From assembly GCA_963843145.1 (NCBI GenBank), contig CAWJJC010000028.1:128001-192000 (forward strand): a DNA stretch of 64,000 bases. The letters are read 5' to 3'. This stretch comes from an uncultured delta proteobacterium (GTDB lineage: Bacteria; Desulfobacterota; RBG-13-43-22). The position numbers were made by a program, and so were the translations under genes. The notes under the pieces are model-generated. The model was not told where the DNA came from. It saw nothing but the letters and a program-made list of their open reading frames with translations, and did not search any database. This document shows, piece by piece, positions 1 through 9,711 of this stretch. Positions within the stretch are counted from its first letter, which is position 1. Each line of letters begins with the position of its first letter.

Positions 1-1126
1 CCTCGTCGGCCACACAGTAGGCGATCCGAAAATAGCCGGGAGCTCCAAAACCCCTTCCGGGGACGGTCAGGATCCGCTCTTCCTGCAAGGCCTGGACAAA
101 GGCCACTTCGTCGGGAATGGGGGAGCGGGGGAAGAGATAAAAGGCCCCCTCGGGCGGATCGAATTGATACCCGGCCTGGGAGAGGCCGTCACAGAAAAGG
201 TTACGTTTTTTTTGATAGAGGTTGATGTCCACGGTTTGTCCCTGCAGATCGACTAACACCCGCTGCATCAGAGCGGGGGCATTGACAAACCCCAGGATGC
301 GGTTGGTGAGGGTCATGGCATTAATTAATTCGTCTCGATCGGGGGCTTGGGGATGTACGGCTAGAAAACCGATCCGCTCTCCCGGCAGGGAAAGGTCTTT
401 GGAATAAGAGGTGACCACGATGCTTTCGTTATAGGCCTGGAAGGCACTTGGCACCTGGACGCCGTCATAGACGATTTTTCGGTAAGGTTCATCGGCCAGC
501 AGATAGATCACTTGGCCTTTTCGCGAATAATCCGCCAGCAGGTCTCCCAGACCGCGGATAATCGTCTGGTCATAGACTCGTCCGGTGGGGTTGTTCGGGG
601 AGTTGATCAAGATCGCCTTGGTCCGGGGGGTAATGGCCTCCTGGATAGCCTTAAGGTCCGGTAAGAAATCGGGCCTCGTGGAAACGATTTTGGGCTGGCC
701 CTGGAAATTGTCCACATAGAAAAGATATTCGACAAAATAGGGGGCTAAAATAATGACTTCGTCTCCAGGGTTGATTAGCGCCTTTAAAACGGCGTTGATG
801 GCCCCGGCCGCGCCACAGGTCATGATGATGTCTTTGAGGGTGAACGGCAATCCGTGCTCCCGGGAAAGGAAATCGGCCACGGCCGTCCGGGTCTCCGGGT
901 ACCCGGCGTTGGGCATGTAGGCGTGCAGGGCGGCCGGGGATTCCTGAAGGATTTTAATGAGGGCCTGATGGACCACCAGCGGCGGTTCCAGGTTCGGGTT
1001 GCCCAGGCTGAAATCACAGACCTGATCGGCTCCGTATTGGGCCTTGAGCAGGGCCCCCTGCTCAAACATCTTTCGAATCCAGGAGGACTGCTCCATGGAA
1101 TTTTTTATTTTTTGAGCTATGGCCAT
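1..1126 (-). CDS. PLP-dependent aminotransferase class I/II (aspartate aminotransferase-like), 3' end outside window
   Basis: Manual translation from ATG 1126: MAIAQKIKNSMEQSSWIRKMFEQG..FSLGNP..YMPNAGY..INSPNNPTG..DEPY..SYSKDLSLPGERIG; GGAG RBS upstream; missing from the ORF track because it runs off the window. Confidence 0.9.
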   Translation of the reverse strand, partial: MAIAQKIKNSMEQSSWIRKMFEQGALLKAQYGADQVCDFSLGNPNLEPPLVVHQALIKILQESPAALHAYMPNAGYPETRTAVADFLSREHGLPFTLKDIIMTCGAAGAINAVLKALINPGDEVIILAPYFVEYLFYVDNFQGQPKIVSTRPDFLPDLKAIQEAITPRTKAILINSPNNPTGRVYDQTIIRGLGDLLADYSRKGQVIYLLADEPYRKIVYDGVQVPSAFQAYNESIVVTSYSKDLSLPGERIGFLAVHPQAPDRDELINAMTLTNRILGFVNAPALMQRVLVDLQGQTVDINLYQKKRNLFCDGLSQAGYQFDPPEGAFYLFPRSPIPDEVAFVQALQEERILTVPGRGFGAPGYFRIAYCVADE

Positions 1127-1140
1127 CGGGGGTCTCCTAT

Positions 1141-1346
1141 TTAATACGAAAATAGAATTGATCACCGCTTTTTAGGCGTTTTGTTTTTGCCGTCATCCCG
1201 GACTCGATCCGGGATCCAGGTGACCCAGGACCTTCACTGCCCTGGATTCCGGCGTTCGCTGGAATGACGACCTAATAAATTGAATAACCATAAATTTTCA
1301 TGCTTCGTGGGTGCCCGCCCCGGGCCTGCGGGTTTAATGTGAAAAT
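1141..1346 (+). repeat. ~200 bp composite repeat unit: half-site TTAATACGAAAAT + GTCATCCCGG..GGAATGAC hairpin + full 53-bp palindromic site (1294-1346)
   Basis: Aligns by eye over its full length with 12856-13064, and partly with 11827-12034. Confidence 0.85.
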
Positions 1347-1364
1347 TTATCCCTTTCGAATTTC

Positions 1365-1392
1365 TAACCAAAAATTCAAATATTTTTGGTTA
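1365..1392. repeat. CCAAAAA-N-TTTTTGG palindrome overlapping the cupin stop codon
   Basis: TAACCAAAAATTCAAATATTTTTGGTTA; related copies at 2043, 7404, 17196, 35482. Confidence 0.75.
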
Positions 1393-1732
1393 TGTTTTTG
1401 GGCCGGTAGCGGGCCGGTTCATCAAAAAAATCCAGAGCCTTCAGGGGAGAAAGGATTTGAATTGAGTGGGTGACGCCGGCGGGAATAAAATAGGAATCCC
1501 CCTTTTTGTACCTTTGGCTAACCCCGTCCACGGTCATCTGCATCTCACCTTCCAGCACCACTCCCCATTGGGCCTGGTGCTGATGGGGGGGGATTTCCCC
1601 CGTGGTCTCCACGGAAAAGAACACGGCCTGCCGGCCTTCCCCCTGAAAAAGTTTACCCCGGACCCCCGGGATGGGAATATCGATATCCGGCAATTGTTCG
1701 ATCATTTCCGGGTAGAGTATTTTATCAGCCAA
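1376..1732 (-). CDS. Cupin domain protein
   Basis: IPPHQHQAQWGVVLEG..GDSYFIPAGVTH cupin motifs; likely TTG start at 1732 after GGGAGGG (the ORF-track extension runs into a repeat). Confidence 0.85.
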   Translation of the reverse strand: MADKILYPEMIEQLPDIDIPIPGVRGKLFQGEGRQAVFFSVETTGEIPPHQHQAQWGVVLEGEMQMTVDGVSQRYKKGDSYFIPAGVTHSIQILSPLKALDFFDEPARYRPKNITKNI

Positions 1733-1747
1733 AACGTCCCTCCCCAT

Positions 1748-1884
1748 AAATTCGAAAAACGAAGCACGAAATCCGAAACAAGCACGAAGGTCCAAAATCC
1801 AAATGATCAAAACGAAAACGTTTTAAGTTTTGAAATTTGATCATTTGGATTTGTTTCGGATTTCGAAATTCGGATTTCGAGTTT
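1748..1884. repeat. Inverted heptamer-periodic repeat (CGAAATC/CGAAGCA ... GATTTCG)
   Basis: 7-nt periodic arms in inverted orientation; similar at 35517-35633 and 45228-45294. Confidence 0.75.
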
Positions 1885-2042
1885 GAACCAATAAAAAAAC
1901 TCTTTGATTAGTCTTCATGCTAACGATAGCACATTTCCGGATGGGGGTAAAGGATTAATTTTATTTCTTTCAATGAGTTGGGATGGTTGACGGACTTGAC
2001 AAATCGGTTGACTCATGCCAATACTGCTATCATCTTTGGACT

Positions 2043-2175
2043 AGCCAAAAAAAGTCGAATTTTTTTGGCTGTAATAAAAAACCTCTAAAAAGGATTTAAA
2101 AGAACGTTTTTTATATTAGATTCTTACATCCGTTGTTAGAGACAAATCCTCAGAACAATGGATGTAAGAATCTAA
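2043..2175 (+). repeat. ~133 bp two-hairpin leader element, copy 1
   Basis: Hairpin 2043-2070, AT-rich linker, 22-bp-arm hairpin 2116-2175; homologous to 7404-7536. Confidence 0.85.
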
Positions 2176-2185
2176 AGGGGAAGGC

Positions 2186-3127
2186 ATGAAAAAAATTCTC
2201 GTTACGGGGGGGGCCGGCTTTATCGGCAGTCACCTCTGCGAAGTTTTGCTCCAGGATGGAAATGATGTAGTCTGCCTGGATAACTATTATACCGGATCGA
2301 AGGAGAATATCCTTCCTCTGCGGGAGAATCCTCATTTTGAGCTGCTGCGGCATGATATTGTCAACCCCATCGTCCTGGAGGTGGATCAAATCTATAATCT
2401 GGCCTGCCCGGCATCGCCCATCCACTACCAGTTCAATCCGGTTAAAACCGTCAAGACGAACGTCATGGGCACTCTGAACATGCTCGGATTGGCCAAACGG
2501 GTCAAGGCCCGAATCCTGCAGGCCTCCACTTCGGAGGTCTATGGGGACCCGGCCGTGCATCCCCAGAAAGAAACCTATTGGGGCAACGTCCACTGCATCG
2601 GACCTCGGGCCTGTTACGACGAAGGAAAGCGGGTCGCCGAGACCTTAATGATGGATTATCACCGCCAGCACCGAGTGGATATCCGAATTGTACGGATTTT
2701 TAATACCTATGGCCCGAGGATGGCCCTGGACGACGGGCGGGTGGTCAGCAATCTCATCATCCAGGCCCTGCGCGGTGAACCGTTGACGGTGTATGGCGAT
2801 GGGCAGCAGACCCGCTCTTTTTGTTACATCTCCGATATGGTGCGGGGGCTGAAGGGCATGATGGAGCAGGAGTCCTTCCCCGGTCCGGTCAACCTGGGCA
2901 ACCCCCGGGAATTCACCATACTGTCCCTGGCCGAAAAAGTGAAGGCCATGACCGGTTCATCGTCTCCGATTATTTTCATGCCCCTGCCCCAGGACGATCC
3001 CATTCAGCGGAAACCGGATATTGCGTTAGCCCAGGAGCGTTTGGGCTGGTTTCCGGAAGTGAGGCTGGAAGAGGGCCTGGTTCTGACCATCGAATACCTT
3101 CGCCAGGCAGTCCAACAAAACAATTAA
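2186..3127 (+). CDS. uxs: UDP-glucuronate decarboxylase (UDP-xylose synthase) family SDR
   Basis: [30 protein letters not shown] motifs. Confidence 0.92.
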   Translation: MKKILVTGGAGFIGSHLCEVLLQDGNDVVCLDNYYTGSKENILPLRENPHFELLRHDIVNPIVLEVDQIYNLACPASPIHYQFNPVKTVKTNVMGTLNMLGLAKRVKARILQASTSEVYGDPAVHPQKETYWGNVHCIGPRACYDEGKRVAETLMMDYHRQHRVDIRIVRIFNTYGPRMALDDGRVVSNLIIQALRGEPLTVYGDGQQTRSFCYISDMVRGLKGMMEQESFPGPVNLGNPREFTILSLAEKVKAMTGSSSPIIFMPLPQDDPIQRKPDIALAQERLGWFPEVRLEEGLVLTIEYLRQAVQQNN

Positions 3128-3131
3128 ACCC

Positions 3132-3809
3132 ATGACGTCTGGTCTAAATTTTTCGTCTAACCGAACGATCGCCCCGCTCCGTCTTCTGGTCTTTATTCTT
3201 TCTCTGCCCTCCGTTTTCTTCTTATTGGCCGCCTTGACTTGGGCCGAATCTCCGGCGGAGTGGCGCCGGGTGGTCAGCGTGGAGGATGGGGATTCGATTA
3301 CGCTGGATAAAGGCCGGCGGGTCCGCTACCTGGGGATTGATTCCCCGGAGCGGGGAGGGCCGGGGAAAGGCGAAACCTTGGCCGAAGAGGCCCATCGTTT
3401 CAATCGCCAACTGGTTCGGGGTCAGGACGTCCGGCTGGAATATGAGGCGGAGCTTCTGGACCGCTACCAGCGGCTGTTGGCCCACGTGTATTTGAAGAAC
3501 GGCCTTTGGGTGAACGGGGAGATGGTCAAAAAAGGCTTGGCCCATGTGCTCTACCAGGCGCCCAATACGAAGAAGTTCGAAGCACTGTTGAAGCGGCAGC
3601 GGGTAGCCATAGACGAGCGGCGGGGTATCTGGAGCAAGGCCCTGGAAGAAACCGAATCGGAATACCGTGGTCAGCGGATCACCAGGAAATTTCATCGAAG
3701 GGATTGCCTCGTCGGACAAAAGATAGCGGCTAGGAACCTGGTCCTTTTCAAGCACAAGAAAGACGCCTATCTCCAGGGCTTCAGCCCCTGCCGCCTATGC
3801 CGGCCATGA
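3132..3809 (+). CDS. Thermonuclease (SNase-like) with C-terminal Ada-type Zn-binding domain, exported
   Basis: VEDGDSI, VRYLGIDSPE, DRYQRLLAHVY; C-terminal FHRRDC..GFSPCRLCRP; hydrophobic N-terminus. Confidence 0.88.
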   Translation: MTSGLNFSSNRTIAPLRLLVFILSLPSVFFLLAALTWAESPAEWRRVVSVEDGDSITLDKGRRVRYLGIDSPERGGPGKGETLAEEAHRFNRQLVRGQDVRLEYEAELLDRYQRLLAHVYLKNGLWVNGEMVKKGLAHVLYQAPNTKKFEALLKRQRVAIDERRGIWSKALEETESEYRGQRITRKFHRRDCLVGQKIAARNLVLFKHKKDAYLQGFSPCRLCRP

Positions 3810-3827
3810 GGTTAACCGTTAACAAAT

Positions 3828-4271
3828 ATGGATGACCGTCGTTACCCCGAACGACCCTTTATCGGGGTCGGGGCCATTGTTTTTGAGGAGGATCGGGTTT
3901 TATTGATTCGTCGGGGAAAGGACCCCGAAAAGGGAAAATGGAGCATTCCCGGGGGGGCGGTTCATCTGGGGGAAACCCTGGTCCGGGCTGTCTGCCGGGA
4001 GGTGGAAGAAGAGACCGGCTTGGAGGTGGAAGCCGAACGCCTGGTCGAGGTTTTTGAACGGATTATTCCCGATGAACAGGATCGCGTCCTTTATCATTAT
4101 GTGCTGATCGATTATCTTTGCCGGGTGGTGGCAGGTCGGCTAAGGGGGGGAAGCGATGCCCTGGAAGCCGCTTTTCATCCTTTGGGGGGCATTGAGGGCC
4201 TGGCGTTAACTGAGGGAACCGGCCCGATTATTCGAAAAGCCTTTGACCTGAAAAATAGAATTTTTTCTTGA
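3828..4271 (+). CDS. NUDIX hydrolase
   Basis: Nudix box GGAVHLGETLVRAVCREVEEETGL. Confidence 0.92.
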   Translation: MDDRRYPERPFIGVGAIVFEEDRVLLIRRGKDPEKGKWSIPGGAVHLGETLVRAVCREVEEETGLEVEAERLVEVFERIIPDEQDRVLYHYVLIDYLCRVVAGRLRGGSDALEAAFHPLGGIEGLALTEGTGPIIRKAFDLKNRIFS

Positions 4272-4296
4272 CAAAAGTGGGTTGGAGAAGTATTAA
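4268..4296 (+). promoter_or_regulatory. Possible sigma70 promoter of the qrc operon
   Basis: TTGACA-N17-TATTAA; -10 box imperfect. Confidence 0.4.
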
Positions 4297-4463
4297 CGGA
4301 TGAGTTTTATTCTCTAATAATTCCCAACAAATTGAACTACCCAATAAAAGATGCCTGTGTTTGAAACCATGGGGGTTATCCATATATCGGCCCGACCTGG
4401 ACTATAAATTGGTATAGCCCGGTTCGGGTTTTTTTATAAAATAATAAAATTAGGACAGGGATT

Positions 4464-5045
4464 ATGGAAAAAGAGATGGAAACAGAGGGAAAATCCAAGG
4501 GCACCTGGATGTTTTTCTGGGTCGGGGTCGTGGCATCCTTGATTTTAGGCTGGCTGATCTTCCCGGGACTTATCCAGAGCAAGAAAGTCCAACCCGTGAA
4601 ATTCAGCCATCTCAAGCACGGGGAAGCCGGGGCCGGGGCGCAGTGCGAAGATTGCCATTCATTCCGGAAGGATGGCACCTTTGCCGGTATTCCGCCCCTG
4701 GCCAAATGTCTGGAATGCCACGAGTCGGCTCAGGGCAGCTCCAAGGAAGAGGCCGATTTTATTAAATTGGCGGAGCAACTCAAGAAAGAAAATAGAAACA
4801 TTTCCTGGTTGATCTACTCTCAACAACCCAACAACGTTTTTTTCTCCCATGTGGCCCATGTCAAAATGGCCAAACAAAACTGCACGGATTGCCACAAGCT
4901 GGTGGGCGGAAAAACCGATAAAAATCCGGTATATAATTACAAGTGGATTTCAGGCTACGCTCCTGAAGTGATGATGATGGAAACCTGTGAAGCCTGTCAC
5001 CAGAAGAAGGGTAAAAGCAACGCCTGTTTTGTCTGTCACAAATAG
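4464..5045 (+). CDS. qrcA: Menaquinone reductase multiheme cytochrome c subunit
   Basis: N-terminal TM helix, five CxxCH motifs, ends NACFVCHK; first gene of a four-gene operon. Confidence 0.85.
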   Translation: MEKEMETEGKSKGTWMFFWVGVVASLILGWLIFPGLIQSKKVQPVKFSHLKHGEAGAGAQCEDCHSFRKDGTFAGIPPLAKCLECHESAQGSSKEEADFIKLAEQLKKENRNISWLIYSQQPNNVFFSHVAHVKMAKQNCTDCHKLVGGKTDKNPVYNYKWISGYAPEVMMMETCEACHQKKGKSNACFVCHK

Positions 5046-5090
5046 AACTTGACCAGACCTTAACGCTGGTAAAACACGAGGAATAGGAAA

Positions 5091-7406
5091 ATGCCAACCA
5101 TTGATCGCAGAGATTTCCTGAAGTTTATCGTCGGGGGCGCGGTGGGGACCATGGTTTCACCCCTGCCCTGGGTGCCCATGGATGAAGTGGCCAAATGGAG
5201 CCAGCGTTGGGCCCCCATTCCCGAGAGCGGCGAATCCTCCTATCTGAATTCTATCTGCCTCCTTTGTCCGGGGGCCTGCGGCATCAAAGTCCGGCTGATC
5301 GAAAGTAAGCGGGCGGTAAAAATCGAAGGCCAGCCAAACCATCCGGTAAATCAGGGCGGGCTATGTCCATTGGGCTTGGCCGGGTTGCAGTACCTGTACC
5401 AGGAAGAGATCCGCGTGAAGGGTCCGATGAAGCGTTTCGGTCCCCGGGGGAAGGGGGATTGGCTGCCGGTCTCCTGGGAAGAGGCCTATGGTGATTTGAC
5501 CAAATGGTTAAAGGAATTGCGTCAGAATAACCAGACCCACACGGCGGCCCTTCTGGATGGTCGCGGCGGACAAGGAAGCCTTTCCCTGTTGATGGCCCGA
5601 TTCATGAGAAGCTACGGTTCCCCTAATTATATTCGAACCCCGCGATTGGGAGATACGGAAGAAATGGTGACGGCCTCCCTTCATGGGGTCCGCTCCTCCT
5701 TGGCCTATGACCTGCCCCAGGCCAAATATATCCTCAGCTTCGGCGCGGGATTGTTGGACGGTTGGGGAACTCCGACCTGGGTGAGCCAGGCTTACCGGGA
5801 ATGGAGAAAAGATCCCCCGGCGGGAAGGGCCAAATTAGTCCAGGTGGAACCCTTAGCCTCCACGACGGCCTCCCTGGCGGATGAATGGGTGGCGGTAAAA
5901 CCAGGGACCGAGGGATCTTTGGCCTGGGGCTTGGCCCAAATCATGATTTCCAAAGGCTGGATTAACCGGGAGGCTATCCAGGCGGGGACTTCAGGTTTGG
6001 AAGGCTTGAAAGAAGTGCTGGATAAAAAATATACTCCGGACAAAGTGGCCAAGATTACCGGCTTGCCTCCCGAGGATATTGAAAAACTGGCCAAGGAATT
6101 CGCCTCGGCCAAACAAGGGGTCGCCCTGATGGGGAGAGGGAAAGGGGACCTGGCCATTCCTTTTTCTGAGGGTGCGGCCATCCTTACCTTGAACGTTCTG
6201 ATCGGGGCGCTGAATCGCAGCGGCGGGGTCTTTTTAAAGTCAGAAGGGGGACTAACCGCCTCCTGGCCCAAGGCGCCGCTGGATGGCAGTGCTGAGAAGG
6301 GGTTGGCCCAACCGCGGCTGGACAGCATCGGGAGTTCGAAGTTTCCCGCGGGCCAACCTAATTATATCCAATTTTTCAGCAATGCGGCCCAACAGACACC
6401 TTATCCGATCAACCTCCTGATGCTTCACGAGGCCAACCCGGCCTTTCGGTTGGGGGAGGAGGCGATCAAGGCCGCCGTGGCCCGCATCCCCTTCATCGTC
6501 AGCTTTTCATCCTTTTATGATGAAACCACCCAATTGGCGGACCTGATCCTGCCGGCGCCGACCTTCCTGGAGCGTTGGGATGACGCCTATGGGGTCCCGG
6601 GGGTGCCCTATCCGGTTTATGGCCTGGCCAAGCCCGTACTGCCCCCCCTTCATGGAAACCGAAATCCGGGCGAGGTGCTGATCGCTTTGGCCAAAAGCCT
6701 GGGCGGATCGGTTCAGGAGGCCTTAAGCTTCGAAAATATGGAAGCCGTAATTAAGCAGAGCGCCAAAACCGTTTTCGAGACCAAAAAGGGCCGGCTGAGC
6801 GATAGCCCGCCGTCGGAAGCCGGCAAGTCCGGCGCCGCCTCTTTTGAATCCTTTGATAAATTCTGGGAAGGGCTGGTCCGGGAAGGGGCCTGGTATCATC
6901 TGGAAGGCGCCGGGGTCGGGGGACAGGGGAAGATTGACGTCTATCCTGCCGCCCTCCGCCAGGAACCGGAAAAAATTGATTTAAGCTTTACCTACTATCC
7001 TGGAGAGGAGAGCCCGCTTTTGATGGTGCCACTGTCCTTGATGTTGCTCCAAACCGGATACTTCCCCAATCCGCCTTTCCTGACCAAGTACCTGGGCGAA
7101 GAAATCTTAAAGGCCAATGACCTGATGGCCCAGATTCATCCGGCTACCGCTAAAAAGTTCGGCCTGAAACAAGGGGAACGGGTGACACTGAAATCGGAGG
7201 GAGGGAGCATTAAGGTGGGGGTCCAATTGTTTGAAGGGGCCATGCCTCAGGTCATTTTCGTTCCCCTGGGAATGGGGCACGAGGCCTTTGATCCGACTTT
7301 GAAAAATCGCGGGGCCAATCCCTATCCGCTGCTGGATAATATTATTGACCCGGTGAGCGGGTTACCGATCTCCTGGGTCACCAAGGTAAAAATTCAAAAA
7401 ATTTAG
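5091..7406 (+). CDS. qrcB: Menaquinone reductase molybdopterin-binding-like subunit
   Basis: Tat signal DRRDFLK, CLLCPGACG..C motif, molybdopterin oxidoreductase fold, operon context. Confidence 0.85.
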   Translation: MPTIDRRDFLKFIVGGAVGTMVSPLPWVPMDEVAKWSQRWAPIPESGESSYLNSICLLCPGACGIKVRLIESKRAVKIEGQPNHPVNQGGLCPLGLAGLQYLYQEEIRVKGPMKRFGPRGKGDWLPVSWEEAYGDLTKWLKELRQNNQTHTAALLDGRGGQGSLSLLMARFMRSYGSPNYIRTPRLGDTEEMVTASLHGVRSSLAYDLPQAKYILSFGAGLLDGWGTPTWVSQAYREWRKDPPAGRAKLVQVEPLASTTASLADEWVAVKPGTEGSLAWGLAQIMISKGWINREAIQAGTSGLEGLKEVLDKKYTPDKVAKITGLPPEDIEKLAKEFASAKQGVALMGRGKGDLAIPFSEGAAILTLNVLIGALNRSGGVFLKSEGGLTASWPKAPLDGSAEKGLAQPRLDSIGSSKFPAGQPNYIQFFSNAAQQTPYPINLLMLHEANPAFRLGEEAIKAAVARIPFIVSFSSFYDETTQLADLILPAPTFLERWDDAYGVPGVPYPVYGLAKPVLPPLHGNRNPGEVLIALAKSLGGSVQEALSFENMEAVIKQSAKTVFETKKGRLSDSPPSEAGKSGAASFESFDKFWEGLVREGAWYHLEGAGVGGQGKIDVYPAALRQEPEKIDLSFTYYPGEESPLLMVPLSLMLLQTGYFPNPPFLTKYLGEEILKANDLMAQIHPATAKKFGLKQGERVTLKSEGGSIKVGVQLFEGAMPQVIFVPLGMGHEAFDPTLKNRGANPYPLLDNIIDPVSGLPISWVTKVKIQKI

Positions 7407-7536
7407 CCAAAAATATTTGAAATATTTTTGGCTATAATAAAAACCTCTTAACAGATCTTAAAATAACGTCTTTTAATTTAGATTTTTACATCCATTGTTC
7501 TGAGAATTTGTCTTTAACAATGGATGTAAAAATCTA
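7404..7536 (+). repeat. ~133 bp two-hairpin leader element, copy 2 (between qrcB and qrcC)
   Basis: 15-bp-arm palindrome 7404-7434; perfect 21-bp-arm hairpin 7479-7536. Confidence 0.85.
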
Positions 7537-7546
7537 GAGGGTAGCC

Positions 7547-8326
7547 ATGAAAGAAATTCCTCTCGGCAAAGAACTCTATGGCATGGTGATCGATTTAGAC
7601 CGGTGCACCGGATGTGGGGCCTGTGGCGTGGCCTGTTTCGCTGAAAATAACATCGCCTATCGAACGGATGAAACCGACAAGCTGCGAACGGGCACCTGGA
7701 TGCGGCTGTACCGCTTGAACAACGGAAAGCCCTTTCCCAAGACCCGGGTAGCCTATTTCCCCCGTCCCTGCATGCACTGCCAGAACCATACGCCCTGCGT
7801 TTCAGTCTGCCCGGTCAACGCCACTAAGATTGATGAACAAGGAGTGGTCAGCCAGATCTATCCCCGCTGCATCGGTTGCCGGTACTGTGTGGCCGCCTGC
7901 CCCTACCATGCCCGGTTGTTTCACTGGTGGGACCCGGTGTTCCCTCAGGGTATGGAAAATTACCTGAACCCGGACGTTTCCGTGGCCATGCGCGGAGTGG
8001 TCCATAAATGCACTTTCTGTCATCACCGCTATCAGCGGGCGAAAGACCGGGCCTTTATGGAAGAGCGCCGGGACCTGAAAGAGGGGGAATATAATACGGC
8101 CTGTGCCGAGGCCTGTCCCACCCAGGCTATAACCTTCGGGAATCTGCAAAATCCCGAAAGTGCGGTGGCCAGGCTGAGCAAAAGTCCCCGGGCCTTTCGC
8201 CTGTTGGAAAAACTGGGAACCCAACCCAAAGTGTATTATCTGACCTCGCAGGAGTGGATTCAGCGGCAAATTGACAACTATTTGGAGGGAGAGACCATCA
8301 AAAGGGTCTCGTCCGGGCATAACTAA
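7547..8326 (+). CDS. qrcC: Menaquinone reductase 4Fe-4S subunit
   Basis: CTGCGACGVAC, CMHC..CVSVCP, CIGCRYCVAACP, CTFC..CAEACP (NrfC-like). Confidence 0.9.
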   Translation: MKEIPLGKELYGMVIDLDRCTGCGACGVACFAENNIAYRTDETDKLRTGTWMRLYRLNNGKPFPKTRVAYFPRPCMHCQNHTPCVSVCPVNATKIDEQGVVSQIYPRCIGCRYCVAACPYHARLFHWWDPVFPQGMENYLNPDVSVAMRGVVHKCTFCHHRYQRAKDRAFMEERRDLKEGEYNTACAEACPTQAITFGNLQNPESAVARLSKSPRAFRLLEKLGTQPKVYYLTSQEWIQRQIDNYLEGETIKRVSSGHN

Positions 8327-8373
8327 CCGATTCGATTGCATCTTAAGGATATTCTATTAAAAGGGGTAACATA

Positions 8374-9612
8374 ATGGAGAAGACCTTGCCTGTTGATCAT
8401 GCCTTATTCCCGGAGGGGGTGGAACGGGGTTCCCTGCCAAAATTTCTGACCTGGATCTTTTTTCTTCTCCTGGTCGTGGGCTGGGGATTGGTTGGAGGCC
8501 TTCTGGTTTTGATTTTCGGGTTGAACCAGACCAATATGAACGACTATTTCGGGTTCGCCCTCTGGATCACCTTTGACCTGGCGATAATTGCTTTAGGGGC
8601 CGGGGCCTTCTTTACCGGGTTTTTGACCTATATCATCGGTAAAAAGGAACTCAAGGCCATTATCAATTTCGCCGTGATCATCGGGTTTATCTGTTATAGC
8701 GGGGCCATCCTGATACTCACCCTGGACGTGGGCCAGCCCTTACGGTCCTGGTACGGTTTCTGGCACCCCAACGTCCATTCCATGTTGACCGAAGTGATGT
8801 TCTGCATCACCCTGTATCTGGGGGTCCTGGCCATCGAATACTTGCCCTTGATCCTGGAAAACCGGGGTATCAATAAAAACCCCGGGGCCCATTATTTCGC
8901 CCATAACCTCCACCACCTGATGTTTATTTTTGCCGGGACCGGCACCTTTCTTTCGTTTTTCCACCAGGGTTCCCTGGGCGGTATGTACGGGGTCATGTTT
9001 GCCCGGCCTTTTGCCTTCCGGGAAGGGATTTTTATCTGGCCCTGGACTTTCTTCCTCTTCATCTCCTCGGCCATCGCCTCCGGCCCGGCCTTCACGGTGC
9101 TGATCACGGCCATTGTCCAAAAGGTCACCGGCCGGAAACTGGTCAAGCTGGAGGTGCTTTCTCTGATGGGCAAGATCGCCGGCAGCCTGCTGGCGGTCTA
9201 CTTGATCCTCAAGATTTTGGATACCCTCGGCTGGGCCTTTTCCATTCTGCCCAATCGGGGGATCACCTTCGGAAGCCAGTTCCATGGCCCCTACGGAATC
9301 TGGCTGATGGTGATGGAAATCGGGGTCCTGGGCATCCTTCCGGCCTGGATCCTCCTGTCCAAACGACGAAACAGTTACGGCTGGCTGGTCTTTGCCTGCC
9401 TCCTGGACTGCGCCGGGATTGTCTTTAACCGGTTTATTATGACCATCGTCACCTTGGCCATCCCGGTTATGCCTTTCGACCGGTTCGTCACCTACTGGCC
9501 CAGTTGGCAGGAGTGGGCGCCCACCTTTGCTATCCTGGCCTACGGAGGCCTGCTGATCTCCCTGTCGTACCGCTATTTGCCGATCTTTCCTCAGGAAAAA
9601 GAATTGAACTGA
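8374..9612 (+). CDS. qrcD: Menaquinone reductase integral membrane subunit (NrfD family)
   Basis: About 10 hydrophobic segments; LDVGQPLR, HQGSLGG. Confidence 0.9.
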   Translation: MEKTLPVDHALFPEGVERGSLPKFLTWIFFLLLVVGWGLVGGLLVLIFGLNQTNMNDYFGFALWITFDLAIIALGAGAFFTGFLTYIIGKKELKAIINFAVIIGFICYSGAILILTLDVGQPLRSWYGFWHPNVHSMLTEVMFCITLYLGVLAIEYLPLILENRGINKNPGAHYFAHNLHHLMFIFAGTGTFLSFFHQGSLGGMYGVMFARPFAFREGIFIWPWTFFLFISSAIASGPAFTVLITAIVQKVTGRKLVKLEVLSLMGKIAGSLLAVYLILKILDTLGWAFSILPNRGITFGSQFHGPYGIWLMVMEIGVLGILPAWILLSKRRNSYGWLVFACLLDCAGIVFNRFIMTIVTLAIPVMPFDRFVTYWPSWQEWAPTFAILAYGGLLISLSYRYLPIFPQEKELN

Positions 9613-9636
9613 TCCTTATTAATAACCTTCAGGAGA

Positions 9637-9665
9637 AACGGGGGGATGGTTGCCATCCCCCCGTT
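9637..9665 (+). terminator. Hairpin after qrcD, probable terminator
   Basis: AACGGGGGGATGG-TTG-CCATCCCCCCGTT perfect stem; weak U tract. Confidence 0.65.
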
Positions 9666-9711
9666 ACTATTTGGAGGGGTTGATCGTCGAATATCGAATG
9701 ACGAAGTGGTC

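Noticed and set aside
3132-4271. Nuclease + NUDIX pair as a defence system
   Set aside because: Both look like ordinary genes with host-like composition, and the nuclease is exported.
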